Positions 10,175-19,061 of a stretch of DNA of 55,344 bases are shown here, piece after piece; position 1 is the first letter of the stretch; every line of letters begins with the position of its first letter. A program made the position numbers and the translations under genes. Under the pieces are notes generated by a model. The model was not told the DNA's origin, ran no database searches, and saw nothing but the letters and a program-made list of their open reading frames with translations. The stretch covers positions 62,001-117,344 of the IMG/VR virus record IMGVR_UViG_3300007523_000006, one strand, 5' to 3'. This DNA comes from an uncultured virus (IMG/VR IMGVR_UViG_3300007523_000006) (lineage: Duplodnaviria; Heunggongvirae; Uroviricota; Caudoviricetes).

Positions 10175-12448
10175 TCATATTGAGCAAGCTCCACCGGCAC
10201 AAGCAATTGTGTCCATCGGCTTGGTTTCGTCGGTTTCTTCGATCATCAAAGAATAATCTACGTCTTTGTATTCTCTCTGCAAATCTTGCCAGAGCTTCCA
10301 ATTGTGGACTTCTTTGAGGCAATATGTCATATGACGTGAATCACCCTCGAAATATCGGTTGGCAAACTGCACTGCACGACGAACAAAATCCTTCTTTGCC
10401 TCCCAAGAAGCATGAGCAATTTTGTGGGCATGATGTTCTTGCATATGTTCATAATTGATGACATCACCCACCAATTCGGCTTCTGGAGACTTGGGTTCAA
10501 CCAAGGGATCGCCATAACCTAATACGGTTTCGCAAGCTACCCAGAGGTTATCATCAAATGCACGCAATCCATGAACAATTAAACCACTGGCAAACAAACT
10601 GCCTTCGCCATACATCTGAACGATTTCACGGGCAGTATGAACGGTAGTGAAGGGGGCTTGGGGATAATCCAAATCGCCTGATTGCGGAAGCAATGCGATG
10701 CCTGCAAAGAATCTACGATTGTCGAAAATATAATCAGTGACAGCATCCCATTCATCGGGACGTACATTGATCGTATTGGATACGTTATGAGTGAGCCACG
10801 GTTGAGTACAAAGTTCAGGACGTGTGCCAGCCATAACCCAATTTGCCTGTGTACTCTTGACGTGTTCCAGGAGCTTCAAAGCAGACAATTGGTTCTTGGT
10901 CTTTGCACCATCAGGAACTTCTACACAGAACGTAATGACCTCATCGGTCTTATTGGCGCTCCATACAGATTTCTCAACAGCAATCCCATTTCGCTCTTTG
11001 AAGAACTGCAAAGGAGCTTCCATATAGTTGCCCTGAATACGACGAAAATAACGCTTGGCATGATGCGGGTGAATACCGCTGGCACTGCCAAGAATACAGC
11101 TAGTCGTTCCGGCTGGCTTTACGCATGTTGCACGGGCGGCTGGGTTGATTCCAATCTGCTTGGCCATCCACTCATTCGTATCAAGAATGAGCTTTGCCAT
11201 TTCCTGTTGATTTTCCTCATCGAAAATAATATCAGGATTATCCATCATACCCGTAATGCTGACGCCCAATAGAGCTTCTCGTTCCACAATCTCCTTGGAT
11301 GTTTGTCCAAGATATTCAAAGTTTGTATACGATGCTTGAAGAGTGCCAATAATGGCTGCGGCTTTGGCCGCAATAGCAAAATCTTCTTTGCTCTTGATCT
11401 TGCGACCATTGATTTCGCAAAGATTGCACATCTGCCAACCTGAAATGCCAGTCTTCCAATGAACCGGCCACATGCCAATTTCAACACATGGGTTCACAAC
11501 AAGGTCGGGATGATCGGCAAATACGAATCCAGGTTCTCCGAATTCTTTTACATCCTTCATTGCCTCTTCAAATTGCTCTTTAGTGGTTTCGCCACGAATG
11601 AGCAACATAGAGTTGTTGGACCTTGCTCTCTGAGGATTTTCCGTAAACCAATTACCAGTCTTGGCTTTACGCATATCCATATCGTCTACCGAGAACAAAC
11701 AAATGGTAGCCGACCGTCGAACGCCACCACTCAAAACGGCATCGCTGATGTGCATAACAATATCGTATGCGTCAATAGACCGCAGGCGTTTGAACCTCTT
11801 GCAGCGATCATCCATGAGCTTACAAATAATCTCTAGTGAACGACGTAATGGTTCTGGTCCTGGGGCCTTGCCAACTCCCGATGCCAATACAGCACCGGCT
11901 GGGCGAATGTGTGAAAAATCAAAGGTCACATCACAGCCATACCATTCCGAAAATTCTTCATGGGGCATGTATGTTGCCAACAAGATACCCAAAGCATCAG
12001 ACCATCCCTCAATTGAGTCAGGAATGATATACTTTCGCTTTTTGTGAACCTGTCCGCTTGTACGACTTTCATGGAAATCAGGTAGCTTTCCAATATGGTG
12101 ATGTTGCACAGAAAAACCTGTGCCGCAACCGCATAATAAAAGCCAGAATGTTTCTTGGAAAAAACGCACTCGGTCGCAATATGAGACACAGCAGTTGTAC
12201 ATGCGGGCATTTTTTTGTTCAATTGACTTGCCGCCAAATTGGAGCGCCCGTTGTGAGCCTAGCACTAATTTTTGCTTAACTTTATCGAATGCCCATTCAA
12301 TGTCCGAAATCATGTGCGGGAACTTACGAATGTGCATTTGCATCACTCGATCAACCGCCTCATTCCAAATCTCTCTTCTTTTTTCTTTCTGATTAAATCG
12401 AGCATATCTGCTGACGTAAGTGTATTCCTGTAAAGCCTTTATAGACAT
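10175..12448 (-). CDS. nrdJ: Class II (B12-dependent) ribonucleotide reductase
   Basis: YNCC, GGVRRSATI, RARSNNS, GEPG, NPCVEI, CNLCEIN, TCVKPAGTTS and C-terminal CAGGAC. Confidence 0.92.
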   Translation of the reverse strand: MSIKALQEYTYVSRYARFNQKEKRREIWNEAVDRVMQMHIRKFPHMISDIEWAFDKVKQKLVLGSQRALQFGGKSIEQKNARMYNCCVSYCDRVRFFQETFWLLLCGCGTGFSVQHHHIGKLPDFHESRTSGQVHKKRKYIIPDSIEGWSDALGILLATYMPHEEFSEWYGCDVTFDFSHIRPAGAVLASGVGKAPGPEPLRRSLEIICKLMDDRCKRFKRLRSIDAYDIVMHISDAVLSGGVRRSATICLFSVDDMDMRKAKTGNWFTENPQRARSNNSMLLIRGETTKEQFEEAMKDVKEFGEPGFVFADHPDLVVNPCVEIGMWPVHWKTGISGWQMCNLCEINGRKIKSKEDFAIAAKAAAIIGTLQASYTNFEYLGQTSKEIVEREALLGVSITGMMDNPDIIFDEENQQEMAKLILDTNEWMAKQIGINPAARATCVKPAGTTSCILGSASGIHPHHAKRYFRRIQGNYMEAPLQFFKERNGIAVEKSVWSANKTDEVITFCVEVPDGAKTKNQLSALKLLEHVKSTQANWVMAGTRPELCTQPWLTHNVSNTINVRPDEWDAVTDYIFDNRRFFAGIALLPQSGDLDYPQAPFTTVHTAREIVQMYGEGSLFASGLIVHGLRAFDDNLWVACETVLGYGDPLVEPKSPEAELVGDVINYEHMQEHHAHKIAHASWEAKKDFVRRAVQFANRYFEGDSRHMTYCLKEVHNWKLWQDLQREYKDVDYSLMIEETDETKPMDTIACAGGACSI

Positions 12449-12660
12449 TTTTCCTCTTTTCCTTCTGCCAAATATTGTTTGGTCTTGTTTGCTGGGAAGG
12501 TAGCTAGTTGTTATGAGCTGAATTTTTTGACTATTATTGTCGGGGGTTACAATAATAGCTTTTAAGGCATTTTATGGCAAGCCATAAGTCGCTCTGAAAG
12601 TAACTTATATCGTGCAAAAACGTGCAAAAACCTTTCGCACGAACACATAAATGGTCTTCT

Positions 12661-14697
12661 TCATTCTTGAGACAATTTAGTATATCCACCTTCATGAACC
12701 ATTCTGATAACGTCTGATCCTTCGAGCATTCGCATAAGGTCTGGATCATGAGTCGTGACAAACACTTGCTTGTCTTCGGCCAACTCACAGATCATATTGT
12801 AAATGCCTTGGACACCCAAAGGATCGACATTGGTGCTGACTTCATCTAAGAAGACAATAGACGGGATGGAACCGGAGCTAACGGTCATGACGTGTGCGAA
12901 AGATTGGCTCACAGCAAGATTGAGACGCCGACGTTGCCCTGTAGACATAGCATGATATACATAAGGATCGCCATCCACTGGATTACGTTCAATTTTTTCG
13001 TTCAACTCATTATCGAACTTGAGCGTGATCTTATTGTCGATAAGGAACTGAAGCCAATAATTGATACGGCTGTTAAGCTCTGGAATAATCCCATCCACAA
13101 CCCATTTGCGAATACCATGTTCGCCGAGGCCAGCAATCCAATAATCAAAATATGGCAATTCAGCTTCGAGAGCTTTTACCTCGACTTCTTTATTGGCCAC
13201 ATTGAGAGTGACGTTATCAAGTTCCACTTTATCGTTGTCGATAAAGTCTTGATATGGCGAGCGACCTGCCAACTCTGTTTTTTTGCTTTCAACCGAATTC
13301 TTGATTTGAGAAATCTCTTGTTCCAAAAGAGCTTCAGCACTATCCGCTTTTGGTTCACGCACCTTAGAGGCGGCAACCAGATCATTTCTCAATGTTCTGA
13401 GTTGGGAATCAATTGAACCAATCTTTGTCACAACCTGACCGATCATGGTTGTGACTTTTCCCTGTCGCAGCTTCAGATCATCAGTTTTAACGGCAATCTC
13501 TTTGCCTCCCGTCATGGCCGTCTGAATATCAAGATTGATCTCATTGATTTCTAATTTAAGACCATTCACATATTCAAGGATATTTTCCTCTTCAACAACA
13601 CTGCGGCATTTTCCGCAGCGGGTGCCGGGCTTATTGGATTCCAAATCAGCAATCTCAAATTCTTTTTTCTTCCGATCAGCCAACTTAACTCTCGCAGTCG
13701 CAGAAAACTCTTCATACTGCTTGGTAAGTCCCTGAGCCTCTAATTTCAATTCCGCTTCTTTGTCTTTCACCAACTGAAGTTTCTTCTCCAGATCAGCCTT
13801 AGAAACCTCCAAAGGAGGAATCGAATCATTGATAGAGGTAATCTTGACCTGAGCCTCTTGGTATGCCAGGAGTGCAGCGCCAGTATCAGTAGAGGCTAAT
13901 TCTTGTCTCTTGGTTAGAATGGATTTCTCAAGAACAACGATCTCATTTTTCTTCGTGAGTTGCCAATCAACATGCTTCTTTTCAGTCAACAAAAGACGAC
14001 GATTGGCATCATCCTTAATGGACAATAGAAGGTTGTATTCTTTTGCTTTCGAGTCGATATTCTGTTTAATCACCTTCCGCAACTCTTTGGCGTTTTCATG
14101 CCACTCTCGATAGTCGCCCAATGAAAGCAGATTTTCTACGATCTCTTTCTTTTGAGGATTATCACACTCCAAGAAGCACAATCGCTGATCGTCTGTGAAT
14201 ATGCACATATTCACAAAAGCGTCATAAGACAAACCGATGACACTTTCAATCTTCTTTTGAGTAGTCTGCATTGTGCCTTGAGTAATCTCTGTGGTCTTGT
14301 CCCAGATGGCATCTGGGCTTTCCCACAATCTCAAGCTGTTTCCGTCTTTGCGATCCAACCGTGTACGAACAACACGGTAATCGCCAAAGATAAGTTCAAC
14401 TTTGCAGTCTTTACCTACAAGGTTGTGAACGACATCATTGACTTTCAATTTTTGTTTTACGGTTTTGCCAAAAAGACCATAAACAATAATCTCTTGCAAT
14501 GAGCTTTTGCCTGTTCCATTACTGGAAATCTTGGTTTCATCAGATTGTTCACTTGATGAATCAATTGCCTTAGCATCTCGATTCTCGCCACGAATCAAAA
14601 TGATATTGCCGTATTTCTCCAATGGAAGTTGGATACCTACGGGACCGAAGGGCAAAAAGTTCCACGCCGCAATGTGTTTGAAGGTTAGATTTATCAT
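12661..14697 (-). CDS. T4 gp46-like / SbcC recombination ATPase
   Basis: Walker A NGTGKSS, coiled coil with CGKC zinc hook, MSTGQ signature, FLDE and TTH. Confidence 0.93.
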   Translation of the reverse strand: MINLTFKHIAAWNFLPFGPVGIQLPLEKYGNIILIRGENRDAKAIDSSSEQSDETKISSNGTGKSSLQEIIVYGLFGKTVKQKLKVNDVVHNLVGKDCKVELIFGDYRVVRTRLDRKDGNSLRLWESPDAIWDKTTEITQGTMQTTQKKIESVIGLSYDAFVNMCIFTDDQRLCFLECDNPQKKEIVENLLSLGDYREWHENAKELRKVIKQNIDSKAKEYNLLLSIKDDANRRLLLTEKKHVDWQLTKKNEIVVLEKSILTKRQELASTDTGAALLAYQEAQVKITSINDSIPPLEVSKADLEKKLQLVKDKEAELKLEAQGLTKQYEEFSATARVKLADRKKKEFEIADLESNKPGTRCGKCRSVVEEENILEYVNGLKLEINEINLDIQTAMTGGKEIAVKTDDLKLRQGKVTTMIGQVVTKIGSIDSQLRTLRNDLVAASKVREPKADSAEALLEQEISQIKNSVESKKTELAGRSPYQDFIDNDKVELDNVTLNVANKEVEVKALEAELPYFDYWIAGLGEHGIRKWVVDGIIPELNSRINYWLQFLIDNKITLKFDNELNEKIERNPVDGDPYVYHAMSTGQRRRLNLAVSQSFAHVMTVSSGSIPSIVFLDEVSTNVDPLGVQGIYNMICELAEDKQVFVTTHDPDLMRMLEGSDVIRMVHEGGYTKLSQE

Positions 14698-14740
14698 GCG
14701 GGCAGTATAGAACTTCTCGCAATGTGCTGCAATACGATTG

Positions 14741-15475
14741 TTATTTATTGTTATTTATATTGCTGTCAAGCACAGTCTTTGGCATCAACTTACGAAGAAC
14801 GGCACTCTTTTTTCGATCAAGAGTTTGATATAGCTCTTTGTGCCGTTCCCAGAAGAAAATGTTTCTATTGTTAAGCATTCTCTTGATCTGTCCGGTAGGG
14901 TGAACCGTCTTTTGAATTTGACCCTTATAGGTCAACTTGCCATCCACGTCTTTCAAATGCGGAATGTCAGTAAAGTTCCAAGTGTTGTCGGTCTTCACAA
15001 GAAACTTACCAAAGTGGTTAATCAAGCACTCATGAAAACTGCCTTTGTCATTCATGAAAGACATGATATTCAAAATATCCTGCACGCACATCCATTGATA
15101 AGACGGACCAACCAAAAAACCGTGACTACGATTAGAAGATACAACCAGATCATCTTTAGCTATCTTGAATATTTCGCTAATGTCATCCTGAAAGGAAACA
15201 TCGGCATCCCAATAAGCAAATACAGCAGATTCTTTTTTGGCGAAGTTGGCAATTGCTCGCAATGTATCGGAACGTATATCTCCAAAAGAAATGCCAGTAA
15301 ACAGCATCGCTCCGGTTTCAAGAATTTTACTTTTGGTGTTGGTCGAAAGACCAAACCCAACAATGACTATGCGTTCTGGATCGTGTTTGGCAATTTCTCG
15401 CAAGGAAACTAACCAAGATACACCCCACAAGTGCCAATACGCTTCGTCAAAACCAGTTACAACATAGTTTTTCAT
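14741..15475 (-). CDS. Hypothetical protein, possible GT-A fold glycosyltransferase
   Basis: VVTGFDEAY...LVSL...YWDADV (DxD). Start moved to MKNYV, just after the gp47-like stop. Confidence 0.5.
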   Translation of the reverse strand: MKNYVVTGFDEAYWHLWGVSWLVSLREIAKHDPERIVIVGFGLSTNTKSKILETGAMLFTGISFGDIRSDTLRAIANFAKKESAVFAYWDADVSFQDDISEIFKIAKDDLVVSSNRSHGFLVGPSYQWMCVQDILNIMSFMNDKGSFHECLINHFGKFLVKTDNTWNFTDIPHLKDVDGKLTYKGQIQKTVHPTGQIKRMLNNRNIFFWERHKELYQTLDRKKSAVLRKLMPKTVLDSNINNNK

Positions 15476-15476
15476 A

Positions 15477-16535
15477 TCACTCCACTTTTTGACAAATTTT
15501 GCGACCGATACGCAGAAGCTCATCTCGATCAAGATTTTTGGGGCCAATCTCATCAACATACTTACCAAGCATTTCATCGCCCCTGTATAAGATAGCTTTG
15601 GCATCTTGGATTACATGCTGATCCATAATCTTTTTTTGCTGCTTGATCTCCAAGCTGCCCATATTATTGGATTCCAGCATCTCTTTTCGCAGGGCAACCA
15701 AATCGGTTGCTCCAATATCGTCAACTTTAATACGAATGAAATTTTTGTTCAAATCGTATTTGTCTTTATCCTTGATGCTGATGACCAAGTGAACGGGACT
15801 GAAATCATTTGGGATATATGTCTTCTTGCCAGTTTTACCATTGAAAGCAATGATGTGCTTCTTCTGGAATGCTTCACCGAAAGAAAGCTCCAAAGGAGAA
15901 CCAACATATTCGACCTTCTCATTAACCCGTTGTTCGGCATAGTAGTGACCAAGGAACGTGTGTTTATAATGATCGAATAAACTAACGCCCACACTCACCA
16001 TATCGCCGTCATGTTCGATGGAAATATCAGACTGATGGGTGCCATGCAGGATAGCTCCGTCAATAGCAATATGTCCTAACGCATATTCTGGGCTTCCTGG
16101 TTTTTCCTTGAGTTCTTCCAACGTGGTAATCGGATTGTGTGTGAACGGAATAAAGTCCCAATTCGATCCAGCGATATTGATACGCTCAGGACGAGCGATA
16201 ATCTGAACGCCGGGCAGTGCCGATAAAGGAATGACGCTGCTGACCGAGGTTTTATCGTTGTACCAAAGATCGTGATTTCCCAGCAGCAAATATAGTTTGA
16301 ATTTGCCGCCCCTCAGTCGCTTCTCCAAAGTCTCGAAAGCTCTTTGGTAGGTGTAGACCTCGATTTTTTGACGGTCGTGATATAGATCGCCACCAAATAG
16401 AATATTGGTTATTCCTCGTTGTTCAGCAACGTCAAATACCCAATCAAGTGCCTTTAGGCAATCTTCCAATCGACCATTGGATCGCTTGTGCGGGTGAACG
16501 TGAATATCGCTAAAGATCAAAACTTCATCATTCAT
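15477..16535 (-). CDS. T4 gp47-like / SbcD (Mre11) nuclease
   Basis: SDIH, GGDLYH, GNHD, LGH and YVGSP metallophosphoesterase motifs. Lies near the gp46-like gene. Confidence 0.92.
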   Translation of the reverse strand: MNDEVLIFSDIHVHPHKRSNGRLEDCLKALDWVFDVAEQRGITNILFGGDLYHDRQKIEVYTYQRAFETLEKRLRGGKFKLYLLLGNHDLWYNDKTSVSSVIPLSALPGVQIIARPERINIAGSNWDFIPFTHNPITTLEELKEKPGSPEYALGHIAIDGAILHGTHQSDISIEHDGDMVSVGVSLFDHYKHTFLGHYYAEQRVNEKVEYVGSPLELSFGEAFQKKHIIAFNGKTGKKTYIPNDFSPVHLVISIKDKDKYDLNKNFIRIKVDDIGATDLVALRKEMLESNNMGSLEIKQQKKIMDQHVIQDAKAILYRGDEMLGKYVDEIGPKNLDRDELLRIGRKICQKVE

Positions 16536-16819
16536 ACCGATTCTCCGAGCAGTTCGAGAAGGACATCGCCATGACAGAGTTTGGGACGACACCAGCAACC
16601 CAGACGTTTTCCACGAAGGTCTTCAAGCGATGCCATTAAATCAGGTTGGGTCTTTATCCATTCCCGATATTTGTCAATGGCTTCATAACGGGTCGCAACT
16701 TTTGTCTCGGCCAAGCAACTTGGTTTATGACTGAAAGGGTTGCCCCAGATTGAAGGTCGTCCGATATAAACGTCGTACTCATCACGACCGCAGTGTACGA
16801 TACTGGTTTTCATGTTCAT
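16532..16819 (-). CDS. DUF4326-family protein
   Basis: VYIGRPSIWGNPF...LRGKRLGCWC.P..CHGDVL. Confidence 0.85.
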   Translation of the reverse strand: MNMKTSIVHCGRDEYDVYIGRPSIWGNPFSHKPSCLAETKVATRYEAIDKYREWIKTQPDLMASLEDLRGKRLGCWCRPKLCHGDVLLELLGESV

Positions 16820-16862
16820 GGGCGTATTGTGCCTAAACCAGTGCGTTCAATCAAGACAAGAT

Positions 16863-16895
16863 AAAAAAATAGACGACTCGTAAATAGTCGTCTAT
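16863..16895 (-). terminator. Intrinsic terminator
   Basis: ATAGACGACT-N7-AGTCGTCTAT stem followed by a T-run on the minus strand. Confidence 0.7.
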
Positions 16896-16904
16896 AAAGC
16901 AGAT

Positions 16905-17222
16905 TTATTGATTTTGCATATCGGGCTTATCGGGCTTTTCCTGTCCGTCTCCACTGAGAACTCTTTCCAAAACGTCCCAGACGTTGTATGCTTTGAGCTT
17001 CTGAGGAGCGGTGCCACCAGCCGGTGCGCCAGGCATCCCTCCCATCGGTGGAGCGCCCATGCCCATTCCACCACCCATCGGTGGCATTCCACCCATTGGG
17101 GGAGCGCCGCCAGCAGGCAGTAATGCCCCAGGACCACTGATTCCACCAGCCCCGCCCGGTGGAGGCGGTGGTGGTGCAGCTTCGTTCAGTTTGAATTCGA
17201 GAAATTTCTTGAAGGTATTCAT
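16905..17222 (-). CDS. Pro/Gly/Met-rich small protein, putative internal head protein
   Basis: N-terminus MNTFKKFLEFKLNE, with TACATA-N5-ATG. Confidence 0.65.
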   Translation of the reverse strand: MNTFKKFLEFKLNEAAPPPPPPGGAGGISGPGALLPAGGAPPMGGMPPMGGGMGMGAPPMGGMPGAPAGGTAPQKLKAYNVWDVLERVLSGDGQEKPDKPDMQNQ

Positions 17223-17362
17223 CACCTTATGTAGTGACGAAAATCGGAAATTTCCCAAAAGGATCGAACCTGAATCGTTTTTGACTCTCTAAGGTATCTG
17301 AAGCCAAGTCGCTGGAAGTCTCGGAACCGACAAGTGCGTTTTCAACTTTGTCGAGAAGTAAC

Positions 17363-17391
17363 TTTACAAGTGACAAAAGCCGTGGTATGAT
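17363..17391 (+). promoter_or_regulatory. Sigma70-like promoter
   Basis: TTTACA-17 bp (...CGTGG)-TATGAT. Confidence 0.65.
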
Positions 17392-17397
17392 ACCAAC

Positions 17398-17675
17398 GTC
17401 CTGATCGGACAACGCTTCTTGTGAGTCTGGGCGTGTGGGGCTTGCCTCATTATCAGACGAGGGTGGGAGTCAACCTAATGACCGGGTTTTAATGTTTGCA
17501 CCAAAGCATAAGCAAGCGTCGGCTTCTATGGGTTGTCTGTGCCGTAATCAGACCACCCGGCTTCTATGGGTTGTCTGTGCCGTAATCAGACCACCCGGCT
17601 TCTATGGGTTGTCTGTGCCGTAATCAGACCACCCGGCTTCTATGGGTTGTCTGTGCCTCAATCAGACCACCCGCC
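17398..17675 (+). ncRNA. Candidate structured RNA of unknown class
   Basis: Begins about 7 nt after the promoter and has no convincing ORF. Pairings GTCC/GGAC, ACGCTT../..AAGCGT and four hairpin repeats. Confidence 0.35.
17521..17672. repeat. 4 tandem copies of a 38-bp hairpin unit
   Basis: Unit GGCTTCTATGGGTTGTCTGTGCCGTAATCAGACCACCC, last copy with a loop variant. Stem GGGTTGTCTG/CAGACCACCC, no spacers. Confidence 0.95.
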
Positions 17676-17705
17676 TGCGAGTTGAATAAAATTTCAGATT
17701 CCGTC

Positions 17706-17734
17706 TTGAAATTTTGTTTCGAGACGACTACTAT
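17706..17734 (+). promoter_or_regulatory. Promoter of the attenuated tRNA/EF-Tu region, overlapped by an inverted repeat (possible operator)
   Basis: TTGAAA-17 bp-TACTAT. The dyad CGTCTTGAAA-N5-TTTCGAGACG covers the -35 box. Confidence 0.6.
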
Positions 17735-17782
17735 AACAGACACAAGCGAACAAAACGTCCGCACAATCAATTGGAGTTCATC

Positions 17783-17863
17783 GTGAACACTTTATCCCTC
17801 AGTCTATCGCTCTCTTATTCCTTGCTATCATTTAGCAACGGAGAAGGCTGCGTCCTGACTTAA
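17783..17863 (+). CDS. Attenuator leader peptide MNTLSLSLSLSYSLLSFSNGEGCVLT
   Basis: GGAG SD 6 nt before GTG. Codons 4-18 are all Leu/Ser/Tyr/Phe and use varied synonymous codons. Confidence 0.8.
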   Translation: MNTLSLSLSLSYSLLSFSNGEGCVLT

Positions 17864-17936
17864 AGGGACAATTGTGGGGAAGAATAAACCCCCGGCAGCT
17901 TTCTCCAGAAATGGAAAAGCTGCCGGGGGTTTTTTT
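17840..17936 (+). terminator. Attenuator: antiterminator strand plus intrinsic terminator
   Basis: Terminator AAACCCCCGGCAGCTTT../..AAAGCTGCCGGGGGTTTTTTT at 17886-17936. GGAGAAGGCTGC (17840-51) can pair with GCAGCTTTCTCC (17895-906) in the terminator 5' arm. Confidence 0.85.
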
Positions 17937-17941
17937 AGTTT

Positions 17942-18031
17942 GGGAGTAAGGCGACTGCTGGTTGTGTCGCACCTGCCTGTAAAGCAGGGCCTACAAGGTA
18001 AACATCGCAGGTTCAATTCCTGCTGCTCCCA
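17942..18031 (+). tRNA. tRNA-Tyr(GTA), long variable arm, no encoded CCA
   Basis: Acceptor GGGAGTA/TGCTCCC, anticodon arm CCTGC-CTGTAAA-GCAGG, T arm GCAGG-TTCAATT-CCTGC. Confidence 0.85.
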
Positions 18032-18103
18032 CTGTGTACGTCAGATTTATTGTTGCGTCCTCACTCTTGTAGTGCGGAGGCAACTAATGAAAGAATAACA
18101 AAC

Positions 18104-18175
18104 GGATCGGTAGCTGAGATGGAGTATCGCTGGCCTGAAAAGCCGGAGACGAGGATTCGAGCGACTCCCGATCCA
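18104..18175 (+). tRNA. tRNA-Phe(GAA)-like with degenerate T arm (possible pseudo-tRNA)
   Basis: Acceptor GGATCGG/CCGATCC and anticodon arm CTGGC-CTGAAAA-GCCGG. T stem GAGGA/GACTC is imperfect. Confidence 0.6.
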
Positions 18176-18187
18176 CTGAAAGGAACA

Positions 18188-18748
18188 ATGATGGAACCGA
18201 TTTATTTGCCATCTGCTGGCAACGATATGAGCAGAGTGGTTAACTCTATTTTCGATGAAACGAAGGGTCTTGAATGGCTGACCGAGAGGTCTGCCCGGAA
18301 AGAATACTTCATGTCCACGAAAGACAGAGAGTATAGCTACGGGAACAGACATCAAGGCGACGTAATGTACAGAAGCAAGCCATTCAGTTTTTTAGTGGGA
18401 CAGTTTATGGAGTACATAAACGAAACACAGAAATCTGAATTCAATGTTTGTTTTCTGAACCGCTACGAAAACGAACAACAGCACCTTGGATGGCACGCTG
18501 ATGATTTTCCGGGAATGAGAGCCGATCAGTCAATCGCCGTGTTGTCGTTGGGAGCAGAACGGGAAATATGGTGGAAGGAAAAATCCTTCAAAGGAATTAT
18601 TCCACCAGAAAATAAACAACTGTTGGAACACGGCAGCATATGGATTATGCCTGTTGGATTTCAAGATGTTTATCTTCACAAAATTCCAAAACATGGAAAG
18701 CCTTGTGGAGAAAGGATCAGTTTGACATTCAGAAGTTTTGTTGATTGA
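18188..18748 (+). CDS. alkB: AlkB-family 2OG-Fe(II) dioxygenase
   Basis: LNRY, LGWHADD (HxD), SLGAER, HKIPK and RISLTFR. Start follows an AAGGA SD downstream of the Phe-like tRNA. Confidence 0.88.
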   Translation: MMEPIYLPSAGNDMSRVVNSIFDETKGLEWLTERSARKEYFMSTKDREYSYGNRHQGDVMYRSKPFSFLVGQFMEYINETQKSEFNVCFLNRYENEQQHLGWHADDFPGMRADQSIAVLSLGAEREIWWKEKSFKGIIPPENKQLLEHGSIWIMPVGFQDVYLHKIPKHGKPCGERISLTFRSFVD

Positions 18749-18845
18749 CGGTAGAAGTCTGTATGTTGTCCACCGGCTTGCCGAGTTCAACGGGACTCTG
18801 AGCTAATGACTCAGACGAAAGATTGATGCTCCGATCAACAAAAAT

Positions 18846-18920
18846 GGCACGGTGATGCAATTTGGCAGACATCTCACGCTTAGAACGTGGGTTCTGTGGG
18901 TTCGAGTCCCACCCGTGTCA
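18846..18920 (+). tRNA. tRNA-Leu(TAG) with short variable loop
   Basis: Acceptor GGCACGG/CCGTGTC, A73, TCACG-CTTAGAA-CGTGG, 5-nt variable loop, GTGGG-TTCGAGT-CCCAC. Confidence 0.85.
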
Positions 18921-18936
18921 CTTTCCTGGAAAACAA

Positions 18937-19022
18937 GGGTTCTGTTCCTCATGCCTGACTGTAAATCAGGTGACAAAAAATTTTGAGGCGGCTGTCGAGG
19001 GGTTCAACTCCCTCAGAACCCA
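18937..19022 (+). tRNA. tRNA-Tyr(GTA)-like RNA lacking a D arm, with enlarged variable region
   Basis: Acceptor GGGTTCT/AGAACCC. Only 10 nt precede CCTGA-CTGTAAA-TCAGG. T loop TTCAACT. Confidence 0.6.
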
Positions 19023-19061
19023 CTTCGGCTTTACAGCCGAATTTGATGGTGATAGAATCAT

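Noticed and set aside
12465..12480. NrdR box or cobalamin riboswitch upstream of nrdJ
   Set aside because: There is one imperfect NrdR-like site (AAACAATATTTGGCAG, minus strand) without a convincing tandem partner. No B12-box was recognised.
8374..16000. Numerous plus-strand ORFs antisense to pyrG, nrdJ and the gp46/gp47-like genes
   Set aside because: These are shadow ORFs of well-supported minus-strand genes.
17281..17300. TGACTCTCTAAGGTA resembling large-subunit rRNA H69-H71 or a homing-endonuclease site
   Set aside because: The match is too short and has no flanking rRNA structure, so it is compatible with chance.
17521..17672. CRISPR array (also considered for 3525-3663)
   Set aside because: The units are directly adjacent with no unique spacers, and there are no cas genes in the window.
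18750..18840. Fluoride riboswitch or hammerhead ribozyme (GCTAATGACTC, CTGA...GAAA)
   Set aside because: The 5' GATGG..TCGCC half and the CTGATGA core are missing. The sequence is explained by simple hairpins (TCTGAG/CTCAGA, TTGAT/ATCAA).
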